Assembly: GCF_964213995.1 (NCBI RefSeq)
Contig: NW_027590117.1
Location: 5,208,001-5,272,000 of the forward strand
Origin: Mustelus asterias
Lineage: Eukaryota
DNA length: 64,000 bases
Direction: 5' to 3'
In this document: positions 48,025 to 61,815 of the stretch, in pieces
Position numbering within the stretch: position 1 is the stretch's first letter
Layout of the letters: each line of letters opens with the position of its first letter
Made by a program: the position numbers and the translations under genes
Notes under the pieces: generated by a model
Databases searched by the model: none
The model's input: only the letters and a program-made list of their open reading frames with translations
What the model was told of the DNA's origin: nothing

Positions 48025-49666
48025 ACTCACTTTTTCTGGAAAAGGGCGATCTATTGTTTGCCCCTCAGATGCTGCGCTGCTATTCACAGTCCAGCTGTTT
48101 CCCGCTTTGTTTTATCAATCCGGAGTTCCCCTTGTGTACGATAGTAAATAGACCCCATCAGTCTCGCAGCAGATAGAGGAATTCATCAGGCGAATACACC
48201 ATCCACATTACGATAGTATTGTCACAGGCAGTATTTTAATGCATGCAAGTTGCTGTTTTTTATTAATAGTTGATATCTGGAACTCGGGTTCTGATTTCAG
48301 TTAATCAACAATTTCATCATTTGCGCCGTTTTTTGTGCAGCAAATAACCATCTGTGCAAACTAAGACTTTATTCCATTCTTACACAGATTGTTACAGGTA
48401 CAGAGAGGATTTGCAGTCTATCTTCCTCCACTTAGTGCGTTAGACTCGATCTCTGTCCCTTTTCTCTCAAGCCCATTCAGATTTAACACATAAACTCACA
48501 GGTTCAGTGAAAGGGCTGCTTCCTGGCAGCAGGGAGTCAGAGATGGAGTTATTGTCACGGTGGATTGATCTGTTTCTGATTTGTTTACTGATGTTTTCAG
48601 TTCCCTCTCTATATTGAGCTCAAGTGAATAATTGAACGACATGGTGTCAGAATCAAGGTTTTTATAAATCCTTCAGTTTGCTTCATACCGAGTCTATCCC
48701 GGTGCATTATCGACAACAAGGAAGAATTTCGCAGTTGGAGAATGATATATTTTCCTCTGTCGGATGATCTGGGCGTCGCTCCCGGAACAGAGTAAAGGCG
48801 GGAATGAAGAGGTTATTCTCGGGCTGATCTGTTTCTTCCGCAGTTTTCCCAGAGGACGGAATCAGAGAGATTTCTGCACACACAGGACCTGAGTCCATTG
48901 CAGCGCTTTAAGATCTGCCTCCCCCCGGCGCTCCCTATTCTCCAGACACAAAGCTGCCTGTTCCACCGGCGGGATCGGGCCGGGGATTCTCTCCGCACTT
49001 CCCATTGTAACAGTCCCGGCCGCTTTCAGGGGAGAGGATCAGAAATCAGCCGTTTCCCTCTGTCCCTGTGAAGCCTGTGTGAAGGGGTTGGTTGGTGATC
49101 TCTATGTTTCTGCTTTTCCACTGATCTGAGATTTGCTCCGTTTTAAATTGCGGAACGGGGTCTGATTACCGCGGGTTATAGATAAGAGATTGAGAAATTC
49201 AAACTGTTCCTAAAATAGCGCCAGGATTCTGTGGCGGAAAATACAATAAACAGATTATAAAGTGTGAGATTGAAGTAGTTTCCTGAACATTCAGGCGTTC
49301 GGTTATTTTGTATTTTTCCTGCACTGAAATTGGCGGGCTTTTCCAATTTGAAAATGTGAACCAATCAAAACCTCCCATTTCTTCTCCCTGATCCTCCCAT
49401 TGGTTACGAATCTGATTGAAATGTGAGTGACCAATCAGAGCTCGAGTCTGGCTGCAGCCTCACAAACCGCTCACAATGATTATTAATAGAGATTAAACTG
49501 ACGGAATCTGTATCTTCTCTCTCACCTGTACTTGAATTTTAAAATATACTTTGTTTCCACAGACAAATTATTGAAGGAACGTGAATAAATGTGATGTCTC
49601 CTCCACGCAAGTTACAGGGAAGTGAGTCGCCGGCTCCTTCTCACGTTGTCTCTGACGGAGCTCAGA

Positions 49667-50900
49667 CAGTAAGAAGTCTCACAACACCAGGTTAAAGTCC
49701 AACAGGTTTATTTGGCAGCACAAGCTTTTGGAGTCTCAGGCTCCTTCAGGTGAGTGAGAAGCTGTGTTCACAAACAGGGCACAGACAGGCACAAACTCAA
49801 TTTACAAGACAATGGTAAGAATGCGAGTCTTTACAGGTAATCAAGTCTTAAAATTACAGACAGTGTAAGTGGAGAGAGGGCCAAGCACTGGTGAAAGAGG
49901 TGTGTATTGTCTCCAGCCAGGACAGTTATTGATATTTTGCCCAGACAAGTTGTGGGGGTTACAGATAGTGTGACATGATCCCAAGGTCCCGGTTGAGGCC
50001 GTCCTCATGTGTGCGGAACTTGGCTATCAGTTTCTGCTCAGTGATTCTGCGTTGTCATGTGTCGTGAAGGCCACCTTGGAGAACGCTTACTCGAAGATCA
50101 GAGGTTGAATGCCCATGACTGCTGAAGTGTACCCCGACAGGAAGGAAGCACTCCTGCCTGGCGATTGTTGAGCGGTGTTCATTCATCCGTTGTCATCGTG
50201 TCTGCATAGTCTCTCCAATGTGCCGTGCCTTGGGACATCCTTTCCTGCAGCGTGTCAGGTAGACAACATTGGCCAACTCGCAAGAATATGTACCGTGTAC
50301 GTGGTGGATGGTGTTCTCATGTGAGATGGTGGCATCAGTGTCAATGATCCGGCACATTTACAGAGGTTGCTGTGGCAGGGTTGTGTGGTGTCGTGGTCAA
50401 TGTTCTCCTGAATGCTGGGTAATTTGCTGCAGACAATGGTCTGTTTGATGTTATGCGATTGTTTGAAGGCGAGAAGTGAGGGTGTGGGGATGGCCTTGGC
50501 GAGATGTTCGTCTTCATTCTTGACATGTTGAAGGCTCCGGAGAAGATGTCGTAGCTTCTCCGCTCTGGGGAAGGATTGGACAATGAAGGGTACTCTGTCT
50601 ATCATGTCCTGTGTTTGTCTTCTGTGGCACATCGGAACTGTCGGTCAATGAGTCGAGCACCATATCCTGTTGTTATGAGGGCATCTTTCAGCGTCTGTCG
50701 GTGTCTGTTGCAATACTCCTCATCTGAGCAGATCCTGTGTATACAGAGGGCTTGTCCACAGAGGACGGCTTCTTTAACGTGTATAGGATGGAAGCTGGAG
50801 AAGTGGAGCATCATGAGGTTATCCATGTGCTTGCGGTACAGTGAAGTGCTGAGGTGACCGTCCTTGATGGAGATGCGTATGTCCAAGAATGCAACCAATT
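49667..50900 (-). mobile_element. Penelope-like element, RT C-terminus plus GIY-YIG, degenerate
   Basis: Peptides FLDIRISIKDGHLSTSLYRK...FSSFHPIHVKEA...ALCIHRICS and DRVPFIVQ..., then GIY-YIG and a terminal repeat. Confidence 0.9.
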
Positions 50901-51030
50901 CCAGACACACAGACATCTTATTAGTTCAACGGTCTCAGAGAGCAGAAATAGTTGCAGACACATTTTCAATCCATCAATCAAACAGAGCAGGAGAGACAGA
51001 CATTTTTGTCCATGTGACTCTAAATATCCT

Positions 51031-51268
51031 ACCAGGATGGCCGAGTGGTTAAGCGGTTGGACTTAAGATCCAATGGACTTATGTCCGTGTGCATTTGAAC
51101 CGCACTCCAATTAAATGGACTTTTAACACTACATTCTGCACCCTCTCCTTTTCTTCTGCTCTATGTGCTGTATGAACTGTCTGCCTTGTCTGTATAGCAC
51201 GCAAGAAAACAATACTTTTCACTGTATACCAATGCGTGTGACAATAATAAATCAAATCAAACCCAGTA
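51031..51268 (+). pseudogene. tRNA-Leu(TAA) pseudogene interrupted at its 3' end by a LINE tail
   Basis: ACCAGGATGGCCGAGTGGTTAAGCGGTTGGACTTAAGATCCAATGGAC...CACTCCA (51031-51109), then an insert, then a probable remainder CCCAGTA. Confidence 0.85.
51110..51260 (+). mobile_element. 3' tail of the same Rex1-type LINE
   Basis: Matches ~20720-20860 (TAACACTACATTCTGCAC...GTGACAATAATAAATCAAATCAAA). Confidence 0.8.
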
Positions 51269-51560
51269 CCATTGATAGTGGGATCCATAAATCCAAGTCC
51301 AAATTGACTCCTGCCATCAGATCATCACTGTGTCAATCCCACAATAGAGCAGCCTTAGCTCCAAATTAAATATATGATAAAACTGACACATGGAATCTAA
51401 TTAAAAGTTACACAATGAACATTAATAATGAACTCTGAGATTCGACTTAAATACATCACGCAAATCAGGGGTTTTGAATTGACTGTACTAAAGGCCACAG
51501 TGAATATTCACAAATACATTTGATACAAATCCAAATCTGAAATACATTCTCAGATTGAGG

Positions 51561-51702
51561 TATGATTTGATTTATTATCGTCACATGTATTAGTAAATAG
51601 TGAAAAGTATTGTTTCTTGCGTGCTATACAGACAAAGCATACCATTCACAGAGAAGGATAGGAGAGAGTGCAGAATGCAGTGTTACAGTCATAGCTAGGG
51701 TG
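51561..51702 (-). mobile_element. 3' tail of the same Rex1-type LINE
   Basis: Reverse-complement match to the tail at ~20705-20860, flanked by TGAGG on both sides. Confidence 0.75.
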
Positions 51703-53204
51703 CTGAGGCCATCTTCACCGCCCCATATGGAACAGTGTGAGTGAGAGGAAACAGAGAGTAGTGGTTCATGGTTGTGTTTCAGACTGGAGGAAGGTTTCTA
51801 GTGGAGTTCCCCAGGGCTCGGTTTTAGGAGCTCTGCTCTTCCTGATATATATTAATGACACACACCTTGGTGTACAGGACTCAAGCTCAACATTTCCATA
51901 CGCCACCAATCTTGGAGGCATTGGCAACTGTGAGGAGGAAAGTGGGAAACTTCAATAAGACACGGGCAGCTTGGTGGAATGGGAGTGGTACAGTGGTTAG
52001 CACTGCTGCCTCACTGCGCCAGGGACCCGGGTTCGATTCCTGGCTTAGGTCACTGTCGATGCGAAGTCTACACAATCTCCCCATGTCTGCGTAGGTTTCC
52101 TCTGGTCATTGGTCATGCTAAATGCTCTCTCAGTGTACCCAAACAGGCGCCAGAGTGCAGTGACTAGAGAGTTGTCAGTGTAACTTCATTGCAGTGTTAA
52201 TGTAAGCCCTACTTGTGACACAAATAAATAAACTTTACAAGTGGCACTGGGGAATGTTCCAGCACAGATTGCCCTGTGGCTGTGCCTGGGCAAGTCAGTG
52301 TCCTGGATAGAGCACTTCCGGGGCACAGAGCATTGTTTTTATTAATTCATGTGATGTGGGCATCACTGGCTTGTTAGGCCATTTCAGAGGGCACTTAAGA
52401 GTCAACCACATTGCTGTGTGTCTGGAGTCACATGTAGGCCAGAACAGTAAATTTGGGCAGATTTGCTTGCCTAAAGGAGCATCAGTAAATGAAGTGGGTT
52501 GTCATGACGTGGTCATCATTAGACCTTAATTCCAGATTTTTTTTTAGTTCAAATTGCACTCTCTGCTGTGGTAAAATTTGCTCCCATTGCATTACACTGG
52601 ATCACTAGTCCAGTGACAATAGCACTACACCATTACCTCCCCATGTGGGAACTGCGGCCGCCATGAGTGGATATTAGGAAGTGTTTTATCTCATGCTGAT
52701 TGTCAGTGAGCTGAAACATGAACTCTGTTTCTCTCTTTGCAGATGCTACCTGACCTGTTGTGTATTCCAGAATTTTCACCTTGTTTCAAAATTCCAGTGG
52801 CCACATGATTTTACCAGTGAATTATTGTAGCTGTTGCTCAGAGAAATGAGGCCAGAAATGGACAAAGAATCCATTTGAACCAGGGTGGATGTTGGTTGTG
52901 AAAATTGGTGTCTCACTTTCTGTGAAAGTATGTTCTTGTTGGCTGGCTTTGAACTGGAGTGTTGATGGAGGAAAAGCTGATGGGTTTAACCCTGAGTACA
53001 TTTGAGACCAGTCGGGCCCAAACATTTCTCATCAAGGTGTCCTGTACAGTAACAGAGACTGACAGAGACATTGCACACTCATATAAAATTAGTAATGGAA
53101 AGGGAATCAGTTCTGCACTCATATGCAGTGTCAAACGTAAGTTAATTCCACACTGAAATACTGAAACAGAGACTAAGAGAGTTAGTTCCACATTGACATC
53201 AAAT

Positions 53205-54122
53205 CAGAACATATGAAGCAGGAGTAGCAGAAGGCAATTTGTTCTTTCGGGTTGCCCCACCATTCAGTAAGATCATGGTTGATGTGATTATGGCCTCAAC
53301 TCCATTTTATTGCCTGCCCTATAACCCTTGTCTCTCTCGTAGATCAAAATTCTTCCTAAATTAGGATGGAATCTAATCAATGCCAAAAATTAAGGACACT
53401 TTGAGAGGAGAAATTCCTTCTCATCTCCATCTTAAGTGGGGCATACTTTATTTTTAAACTGTGTCCTGTAGTTCCAATTTTGCCCATAAATGGAAACATT
53501 CCTCTCAACATCTACCCTGTCCAGTCTCCTCAGATTCTTCAATATGATCATCTCTCATTCTTCTCAACTTCTATGATATTAGCTTAACTTGATTAAACTT
53601 TCCTCATAAGATGACTCCTTCATCTTAGCAATCAACCAAGTGAATCTTCATTGCCTACAATACAAGTGTTTCCCTCTTTAAATCAGAGAAAGCATATAAA
53701 CGTGTAGATTCAGCAATGCCATGTATTTGCAGCAACATTTCCCTACTTTTATACTCCACATATGTACTTATAATTACAGTTAGATCCTCTGTACTGTAAC
53801 ATTCTGCTGTCTCTTCCTCTAATTAAATAATGTTCTGCCTTCCAATTCTTCCCACTGAAGTGGAAAGCCTCACTCTTTCCTACATTGTATCCTACCTGCC
53901 CGATTTGTGTCCACTCACTTAACCTCTCTATATCCCCTTGCAGACTTTTTGTGGCCTCCTCACAACCTGCTTTCCCACTTACCTATATATTGCCTGAAAA
54001 TCTGGTGTTGATCTGTCCCTTCATCTGGGTCATTAGTATAGATTGTAAATAGCTGAGAACCCAGCACTGATCCCTGTGGCTCTCTACTAGCAGCAGTTTG
54101 CTAAGCTGACAGTGACCCACTT
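53205..54122 (-). mobile_element. Old CR1 3' fragment inside the satellite
   Basis: CR1 tail (AGAACATATGAAGCAGGAGTAG) and a degenerate PQGSVLG (CCCAGCACTGATCCCTGTGG at ~54061). Confidence 0.75.
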
Positions 54123-55384
54123 CCATACAGTAACAGAGACTGACAGTTAATTGCATACATTATTAATAGATAGCTAGGGAGTTATTTCCACAATCACACA
54201 GTAACAGATTGAGAGAGAGTTAATTCCACATTCACACTCAGTAATAGTTTGAGAGGGAGTTAATTACACATACACAGTAATTGGTTGAGAGAGTGTCAAT
54301 TTCACACTCTCACACTGTAACATATTGAGAGAGAGTTACATCCACACTCTCACACAGTAATAGATTGAGAGAGAGTTCTTCTATCCTCACACACAACAAT
54401 ACAATGAGAGACAGTTAATTCCACGCTCGCACGCAGTGCAATAGATTGAGAGAGAGTCAATTCCACACTGACACACAGTAATAGATTGAGAGTTAATTCC
54501 ACACTGAAACACAGTAATAGTTTGAGAGAGAGTTAATTACACATTCACACAGTGATAGATTGAGAGATTATTCATTGCACACTCGCACACAGTAATAGAT
54601 TGAGAGAGATAATTCCACACTCTCTCACAATTCAATTCAGAGGGTGTTAATTCCACACACACACACTAACAGATTGAGACGGTTAATTCCACACTATCAC
54701 ATAGTAATAGATTGAGAGAGAGTTAATTCCACACACTCTCAGGAATAGATTGAGAGGGAGTTAATTCCACACTCATGCATAGTAATAGATGGGAGTTAAT
54801 TCCACCCTCTCACACAGTAATAGATTGAGAGAGAATTAATTCCACACTCACACTCAGTAATCGATTGAGAGAGAGTTAATTCCACACACTCTGAGGAATA
54901 GATTGAGAGGGAGTTAATTCCACACTCGCACCTCGTAATAGATGGGAGTTAATTCCACCCTCTCACACAGTAATAGATTGAGAGAGTATTATTTGCACAC
55001 TCGCACTCAGTAATAGATTGAGAGAGAGTTAATTCCACCCTCTCACACAGTAATAGATTGAGAGAGAATTAATTCCACACTCACACTCAGTAATCGATTG
55101 AGAGAGAGTTAATTCCACACACTCTCAGGAATAGATTGAGAGGGAGTTAATTCCACACTCGCACCTCATAATAGATGTGAGTTAATTCCACCCTCTCACA
55201 CAGTAATAGATTGAGAGAGTATTATTTGCACATTCGCTCTCAGTAATAGATTGAGAGATAGTTAATTCCACACTCACACTCAGTAATAGATTGTGAGAGA
55301 GTTAATTCCACACTGACAGAGCAATAGATTGAGAGAGTTAATTCCAAAATCACACAGTGATAGATTGCGAGAGAGTTAATTCAA

Positions 55385-55722
55385 TGGTAGCACAGTGGTT
55401 AGCACTGCTGCTTCACAGCTCCAGGGTCCCAGGTTCGATTCCCAGCTCGGGTCACTGTCTGTGTGGAGTTTGCACATTCTCCTCGTGTCTGCGTGGGTTT
55501 CCTCCGGGTGCTCCGGTTTCCTCCCACAGTCCAAAGATGTGCAAGTTAGGTTGATTGGCCAGGTTAAAAATTGCCCCTTAGAGTCCAGAGATGTGTAGGT
55601 TAGAGGGATTAGCAGGTAAAATATGTGGGGGTAGGGCCTGGGTGGGATTGTGGTCGGTGCAGACTCGATGGGCCGAATGGCCTCCTTCTGCACTGTAGGG
55701 TTTCTATGATTTCTATGATTTC
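55385..55722 (+). mobile_element. V-SINE inserted in the satellite
   Basis: Near full-length copy; satellite units resume on both sides. Confidence 0.92.
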
Positions 55723-57673
55723 ACTCACAGCAATAGATTGAGAGAGCTACTTCCACAATCACACAGAGGAATAGATTGAGAGAGAGTTAATTCCACACAC
55801 ATGCACACACAGTAATAGGATAGAGTTAATTCCACACTCACATACAATAATAGATTGAGAGAGTTAATTCTGCACAGTAATCGGTAAAGTATTAGAAGAG
55901 AGTCATTTCCACACTCACACACAGTAATAGAGTGAGAGAGTTAATTCTACACACACACTAATATATTGAGAGAGTTAATTCGACACTCATACACAGTAAT
56001 AGACTGACAGAGGGTTAATTACACACACACACACCTTAATAGATTGAGAGAGAATTAATTCTACACACAGTAACAGATTGAGAGAGTGATAATTCTACAC
56101 TCTCACATAGTAATAGATTGTCAGAGAGTTACTGCCACACTCTCACATAGTAATAGATTGAGAGAGAGTTTCTGCCACACTGACACACAGTAGTAGATTG
56201 AGACAATTATAATTGCCGCTCTCACACACTAATGGATTGAGAGAGTCAACTCCACACACACACACAGTAATAGATTGAGAGAGAGTTAGTTCCACACACA
56301 CCACACACACACTCACACAGTAATAGATTGAGAGTTAGTTCCACACACACACATACACACACACTCACACAGTAATATATTGTCAGCTCGTTAATTCCAC
56401 ACACTCTCACACAGTAATAGATTGAGAGAGAGTTAGTTCCACATACACACACACACAGTAATATATTGTCAGCTAGATAATTCAACACACTCTCACACAG
56501 TAATAGATTGAGAGGGAGAGTTAATTTCACACTCTCTCACAGTAATAGACTGAGAGAGAGAGAGTTAACCACACACTAATAGATTGTCAGTGTTACTTGC
56601 ACACTCTCTCACAGTAATAGATTAAGATAAAGTTAATTCCACACCGACACACAGCAACTGATTGAGAGAAAGTTAATTCCACACCCACACACACTGTTAG
56701 ATTGAGAGAGTTTTAATTCCACACACACAGACAGTAATAGATTGTTAGAAGGTTAATTCCACCCAAACACAGCACTAGATTAAGATAGAGTTAATTACAC
56801 ACTGAGACACAGTAATAGATTGAAAGAGAGTTAATTCCACACTCTCATACTAATAGATTGAGAGTTAATTCCACACCCATACAGTAATAGATTGAGAGTT
56901 GATTCTTCACGCACACACGCTGATAGATTGAGAGAGTATTCATTGCACACTTACACTGCTTCTAACGTGTTTACATCTTTCTTTCGATAAGGGGACCAAT
57001 ACTGTATACAATCCTTCAGATGTGGTCTTACCTCGTCCTGTTCAAGTGAAGCATCAATTCCCTACAATTCCTCACATTAAGCAATAACATTCTATTTGCA
57101 TTCCTAATTATTTGCTGCACATCTATATTAGCCTTTTCTGATTCACGGACTAGGAACCCAGAACCAGAGGGTTTTCACACACAGAGTTGTGAGTGTCTGG
57201 AACGAGCTGCCAGAGGCAGTCGGAGAGGTGGGTATAATTTTGTATTTTAAAAAGCATTTAGACAGTTACATGGGTAAGATTGGTATAAATTGGAATTGTA
57301 GGGAATTGGGGCGGCACGGTAGCACAGTGGTTAGCACTGCTGCTTCACAACTCCAGGGACCTGGTTCGATTCCTGGCTTGGGTCACTGTCTGTGTGGAGT
57401 TTGCACATTCTCCTCGTGTCTGCATGGGTTTCCTCTGGGTGCTCCGGTTTCCTCCCACAGTCCAATGATGTGCAGGTTAGGCTGATTGGCCATGCTAAAA
57501 TTGCCGCTTCGTGTGCAAAAGGCAGAACAGTGGGGATGAGAAAAATATCAGCTATGCTTCATTGGCAGAGCAGACTCAAGCGGCCGAGTGGCCATATTCT
57601 TATATCTTATGGTCTAAATTATCCCTGAAATGTCTCACTCTCATTTTATGGTGAGGTTCCCCCATTCAGAGCT

Positions 57674-60600
57674 AACATAGAACAGTACAGCACAGAACAG
57701 ACCCTTCAGCCCACGATGTTGTGCCGAGCTTTATCTGAAACCAAGATCAAGCTATCCCACTCCCTATCATCCTGGTGTGCTCCATGTGCCTATCCAATAA
57801 CCGCTTAAATGTTCCTAAAGTGTCTGACTCCACTATCACTGCAGGCAGTCCATTCCACACCCCAACCACTCTCTGCGTAAAGAACCTACCTCTGATATCC
57901 TTCCTGTATCTCCCACCACGAACCCTATAGTTATGCCCCATTGTAATAGCTCCATCCACCCGAGGAAATAGTCTTTGAACGTTCACTCTATCTATCCCCT
58001 TCATCATTTTATAAACCTCTATTAAGTCTCCACTCAGCCTCCTCCGCTCCAGAGAGAACAGCCCGAGCTCCCACAACCTTTCATCATAAGACCTACCCTC
58101 CAAACCAGGCAGCATCCTGGTAAATCTCCTCTGCACTCTTTCCAGCGCTTCCACATCCTTCCTATAGTGAGGTGACCAGAACTGCACACAATACTCCAAA
58201 TGTGGTCTCACCAAGGTCCTGCACAGTTGCAGCATAACCCCACGGCTCTTAAACTCCAACCCCCTGTTAATAAAAGCTAACACACTATAGGCCTTCTTCA
58301 CAGCTCTATCCACTTGAGTGGCAACCTTTAGAGATCTGTGGATATGAACCCCAAGATCTCTCTGTTCCTCCACAGTCTTCAGAACCCTACCTTTGACTCT
58401 GTAATCCACATTTAAATTAGTCCTACCAAAATGAATCACCTCACATTTATCAGTCCAAAGGTGTGCGGGTTTGGTTGATTGGCCAGGTAAAAAATTGCCC
58501 CTTAGAGTCCTGGGATGCGTAGGTTAGAGGGATTAGCGGGAAAATATGTGGGGGTAGGGCCTGGGTGGGATTGTGGTCGGTGCAGACTCGATGGGCCGAA
58601 TGGCCTCCTTCTGCACTGTAGGGTTTCTATGGTTTAAACTCCATTTGTCATTTTTCAGCCCAGCTTTGCATCCTATCTATGTCTCTTTGCAGCCGACAAC
58701 AGCCCTCCAACTCATCCACTACTCCACCAATCTTGGTGTCATCAGCAAATTTACTGATCCACCCTTCAGCCCCCTCCTCTAAGTCATTAATAAAAATCAC
58801 AAAGAGCAGAGGACCAAGCACTGATCCCTGCGGCACTCCGCTAGCAACCTGCCTCCAATCCGAAAATTTTCCATCGACCACCACCCTCTGTCTTCGATCA
58901 GACAGCCAGTTACCTATCCAATCGGCCAATTTTCCCTCTATCCCACACCTCCTCACTTTCATCATAAGTCGACCATGGGGGACCTTATCAAACGCCTTAC
59001 TAAAATCCATGTATATGACATCAACTGCCCTACCTTCATCAACACACTGAGTTACCTCCTCAAAAAATTCTATCAAATTTGTGATATTAGCCTGTAACAC
59101 CTTCTCTTCCTCAAAAACATGTCCCCTCTCCTTGGTGAACACTGAAGAAATGTATTCATTCCTCACCTCGCCTATCTCTACTGACTCCATACACAAGTGC
59201 CCACTACTGTCCTTGACCGGCCATAACCTCACCCTGGTCATTCTTATATTCCTCACATAAGAGTAAAAAGTCTTGGGGTTTTCCTTGATCCAACCCGCCA
59301 AGGACTTCTTGTGTCCCCTCCTAGCTCTCCTAAGCCCCTTTTTCAGTTCATTCCTTGCTAACTTGTAACCCTTAATCGAGCCATCTGAACCTTGTTTCCT
59401 CATTCCTACATAAGCTTCCCTCTTCCTTTTCACAAGACATTCCACCTCTTTCGTGAACCATGGTTCCCTCACTCGGCCATTTCCTCCCTGCCTGACAGGG
59501 ACATACCTATCAAGGACATCCAGTATTTGTTCCTTGAAAAAGTTCCACTTTTCATTAGTTCCTTTCCCTGACAGTTTCTGTTCCCAACTTATGCCCCCTA
59601 ATTCTTGCCTAATCGCATCATAATTACCTCTCCCCCAATTGTAAACCTTGCCCTGCCGTACGGCCCTATCCCTCGCCATTACAAAAACAAAAGACACCGA
59701 ATTGTGGTCACTATCTCCAAAGTGCTCTCCCACAACCAAATCTAACACTTGGCCCGGTTCATTTCCCAGTACCAAATCCAATGTGGCCTCACCTCTTGTC
59801 GTCCTATCCACATATTGTGTCAGGAAACCCTCCTGTACACACTGCACAAAAACTGCCCCATCCGAACTATTTGACCTACAAAGGTTCCAATCAATATTTG
59901 GAAAGTTAAAGTCCCCCATGACAACTACCCTGTGACCCCCACACATATGCATAATCTGCTTAGCAATTTCTTCCTCCACATCTCTATTACTATTTGGGGG
60001 CCTCTAGTAAACTCCTAACAACGTGACCGCTCCTTTCCTATTTCTACCCTCAGCCCATATTACCTCAGTGAGCAGATCCCCCTCGAAGTGCCTTTCCGCA
60101 GCCGTTAAACTATCCTTGATTAACAATGCCACTCCTCCACCTCTTTTACCAGCTTCCCTACACTTAGTGAAACATCTATACCCCGGAACATCCAGCAACC
60201 ATTCCTGTCCTTGTTCTACCCACGTCTCCGTAATGGCCACAACATCGTAGTCCCAAGTACCAATCCACGCCCCAAGTTCATCTACCTTGTTCTGGATGCT
60301 CCTTGCATTGAAGTAGACACACTTCAACTCACCTTCCTGTCTACCGGTACCCACCCTTGACCCTGACACCTTCCCCAATACCTCACCACCCTCACTGACT
60401 TCTGGACTACAACTCCTTTTCCCACTCCCCTGACAAATTAGTTTAAACCCCCCTGAAGAGCCGTAACAAATTTCCCTCCCAGGATATTGGTGCCCCTCTG
60501 GTTCAGGTGCACCCTGTCCTGTTTGTACAGGTCCCACCTTCCCCAGAATGTGTTCCAATTATCCACGTATCTGAAACCCTCCCTCCTACACCATCCCTGC

Positions 60601-61141
60601 AAACACATGTTTAACTGCACTCTCTCCCTGTTCCTCAACTCGCTATCACGTGGCACCGGCAATGTACCAGAGATGACCACATGTTTTGTCTTGGCTCTCA
60701 GCTTCCAGCCCAGCTCCAGAAATTCCTGCTTTAAATCCCTGTCCCTTCTCTTACCTATGTCATTGGTACCAATGGTACTTGTGACTGTTTCCCCTCCCCC
60801 TTCAGAATCCGGAAAACACGGTCTGTGACGTCACGGACCTTGGCATCCGGTAGGCAACATACCATCCGTGAGTGTCTTTTGCTGCCACAGAACCTCCTAT
60901 CTATCCCTCTAACTAACGAGTCCCCAATTACTATAGCCCTCCCGCTCTGCCCCTTACCCTCCCGAGCCACAGAGACGGACACAGTGCTGGAGATCCTCTC
61001 ACTGCGGCTCACCACTGGTATGTCATCCCCCTCAACCGTATCCAAAGTGGAATACTTGTTGCTAAGGGGTACGACCACCGGGGATCCCTGCACGGACTGC
61101 TTTCTCCCAGCCCCTCTCACCGTCACCCATCTGTTTTCATT
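57674..61141 (-). mobile_element. CR1 LINE with ORF1 (esterase-like) and ORF2 (EN+RT), internally deleted
   Basis: ORF1 pieces (AIVIGDSLVRG; DRVHLNQRGT), EN (CVYFNARS, VAITETW, VVMGDFN, GDSDH) and RT. Deletion junction at ~59085; SINE at 58453-58632. Near-identical to 42731-44340 where they overlap. Confidence 0.95.
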
Positions 61142-61448
61142 CTAACAGTTTATCTCTCTGCACCCTATCAAATCATTCACTGTAAACATCTCACTCACCA
61201 CCACTTAATCTTCCATGTTCAGGTTATTACAGGACTAGTCTTTGCAATCTGTCCTCATCATTTGAGTCTGGCATCACTGGTGAAATTCTGCTGCTCCCAC
61301 TCCAAGGCCAATCTAATCTTCCTGGGATGAACACAGTGATCTAAATGGGGTCTGAACAGAGTTTTCTGCAACTGTAACACAAATTCCAATCCTTCATAGA
61401 CTATTAGCTTTATTACTTCACCTTCCTGTTAATGATATCTGTACACTG

Positions 61449-61815
61449 GGGGAGGTGATGGCCGAGTGGTATTATCACTATGCTATTAATCCAGAAACTC
61501 AGCTAATGTTCTGGGGACCCGGGTTCAAATCCTGCCACGGCAGTTTATGGAATTTAAATTTGATAAAAAAATATCTGGAATTAAGAATCTACTGATGACC
61601 GTGAAGCTATTGTCGATTGTCAGAAAATCCTATCTGGTTCACTTCCTTTCGGGAGGAAATCTGCCGTCCTGACCCGGTATGGCCGTCATGTGACTCCAGA
61701 GCCACAGCACTGTGGTTGACTCTCAACTGTCCTCTGAACAAGGGCAACTCAGGATGTGCATTAAATGCTGGCCAGTCAGCGATGCCCATGTCCCACAAAT
61801 GAATTTTTAAAAAAC
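61449..61815 (+). mobile_element. Second SINE family (tRNA-like head, distinct core)
   Basis: Head GGTGATGGCCGAGTGG...GGGTTCAAATCC and core ATGTGACTCCAGAGCCACAGCA.TGTGGTTGACTCTCAACTG. Related copies at ~13360-13690 (+), 21730-22060 (-) and 52340-52645 (-). Confidence 0.8.

Larger units (their letters stand above)
53042..56955. repeat. ~38-40 bp tandem satellite (GTTAATTCCACACTCACACAGTAATAGATTGAGAGAGA)n
   Basis: Dozens of head-to-tail units at 54125-56955 and degenerate units at 53042-53200, interrupted by a CR1 and a SINE. Confidence 0.95.

Noticed and set aside
54125-56955. Regular ~38-bp array as a possible CRISPR
   Set aside because: Contiguous tandem units with no unique spacers, no cas genes and a vertebrate context. 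The Cys-rich ORF at 56246-56530 is translated satellite.
61449-61540. tRNA-Ser-like sequence with box A and box B
   Set aside because: No cloverleaf; it is the head of a SINE with several copies in the window. The same applies to the V-SINE heads.
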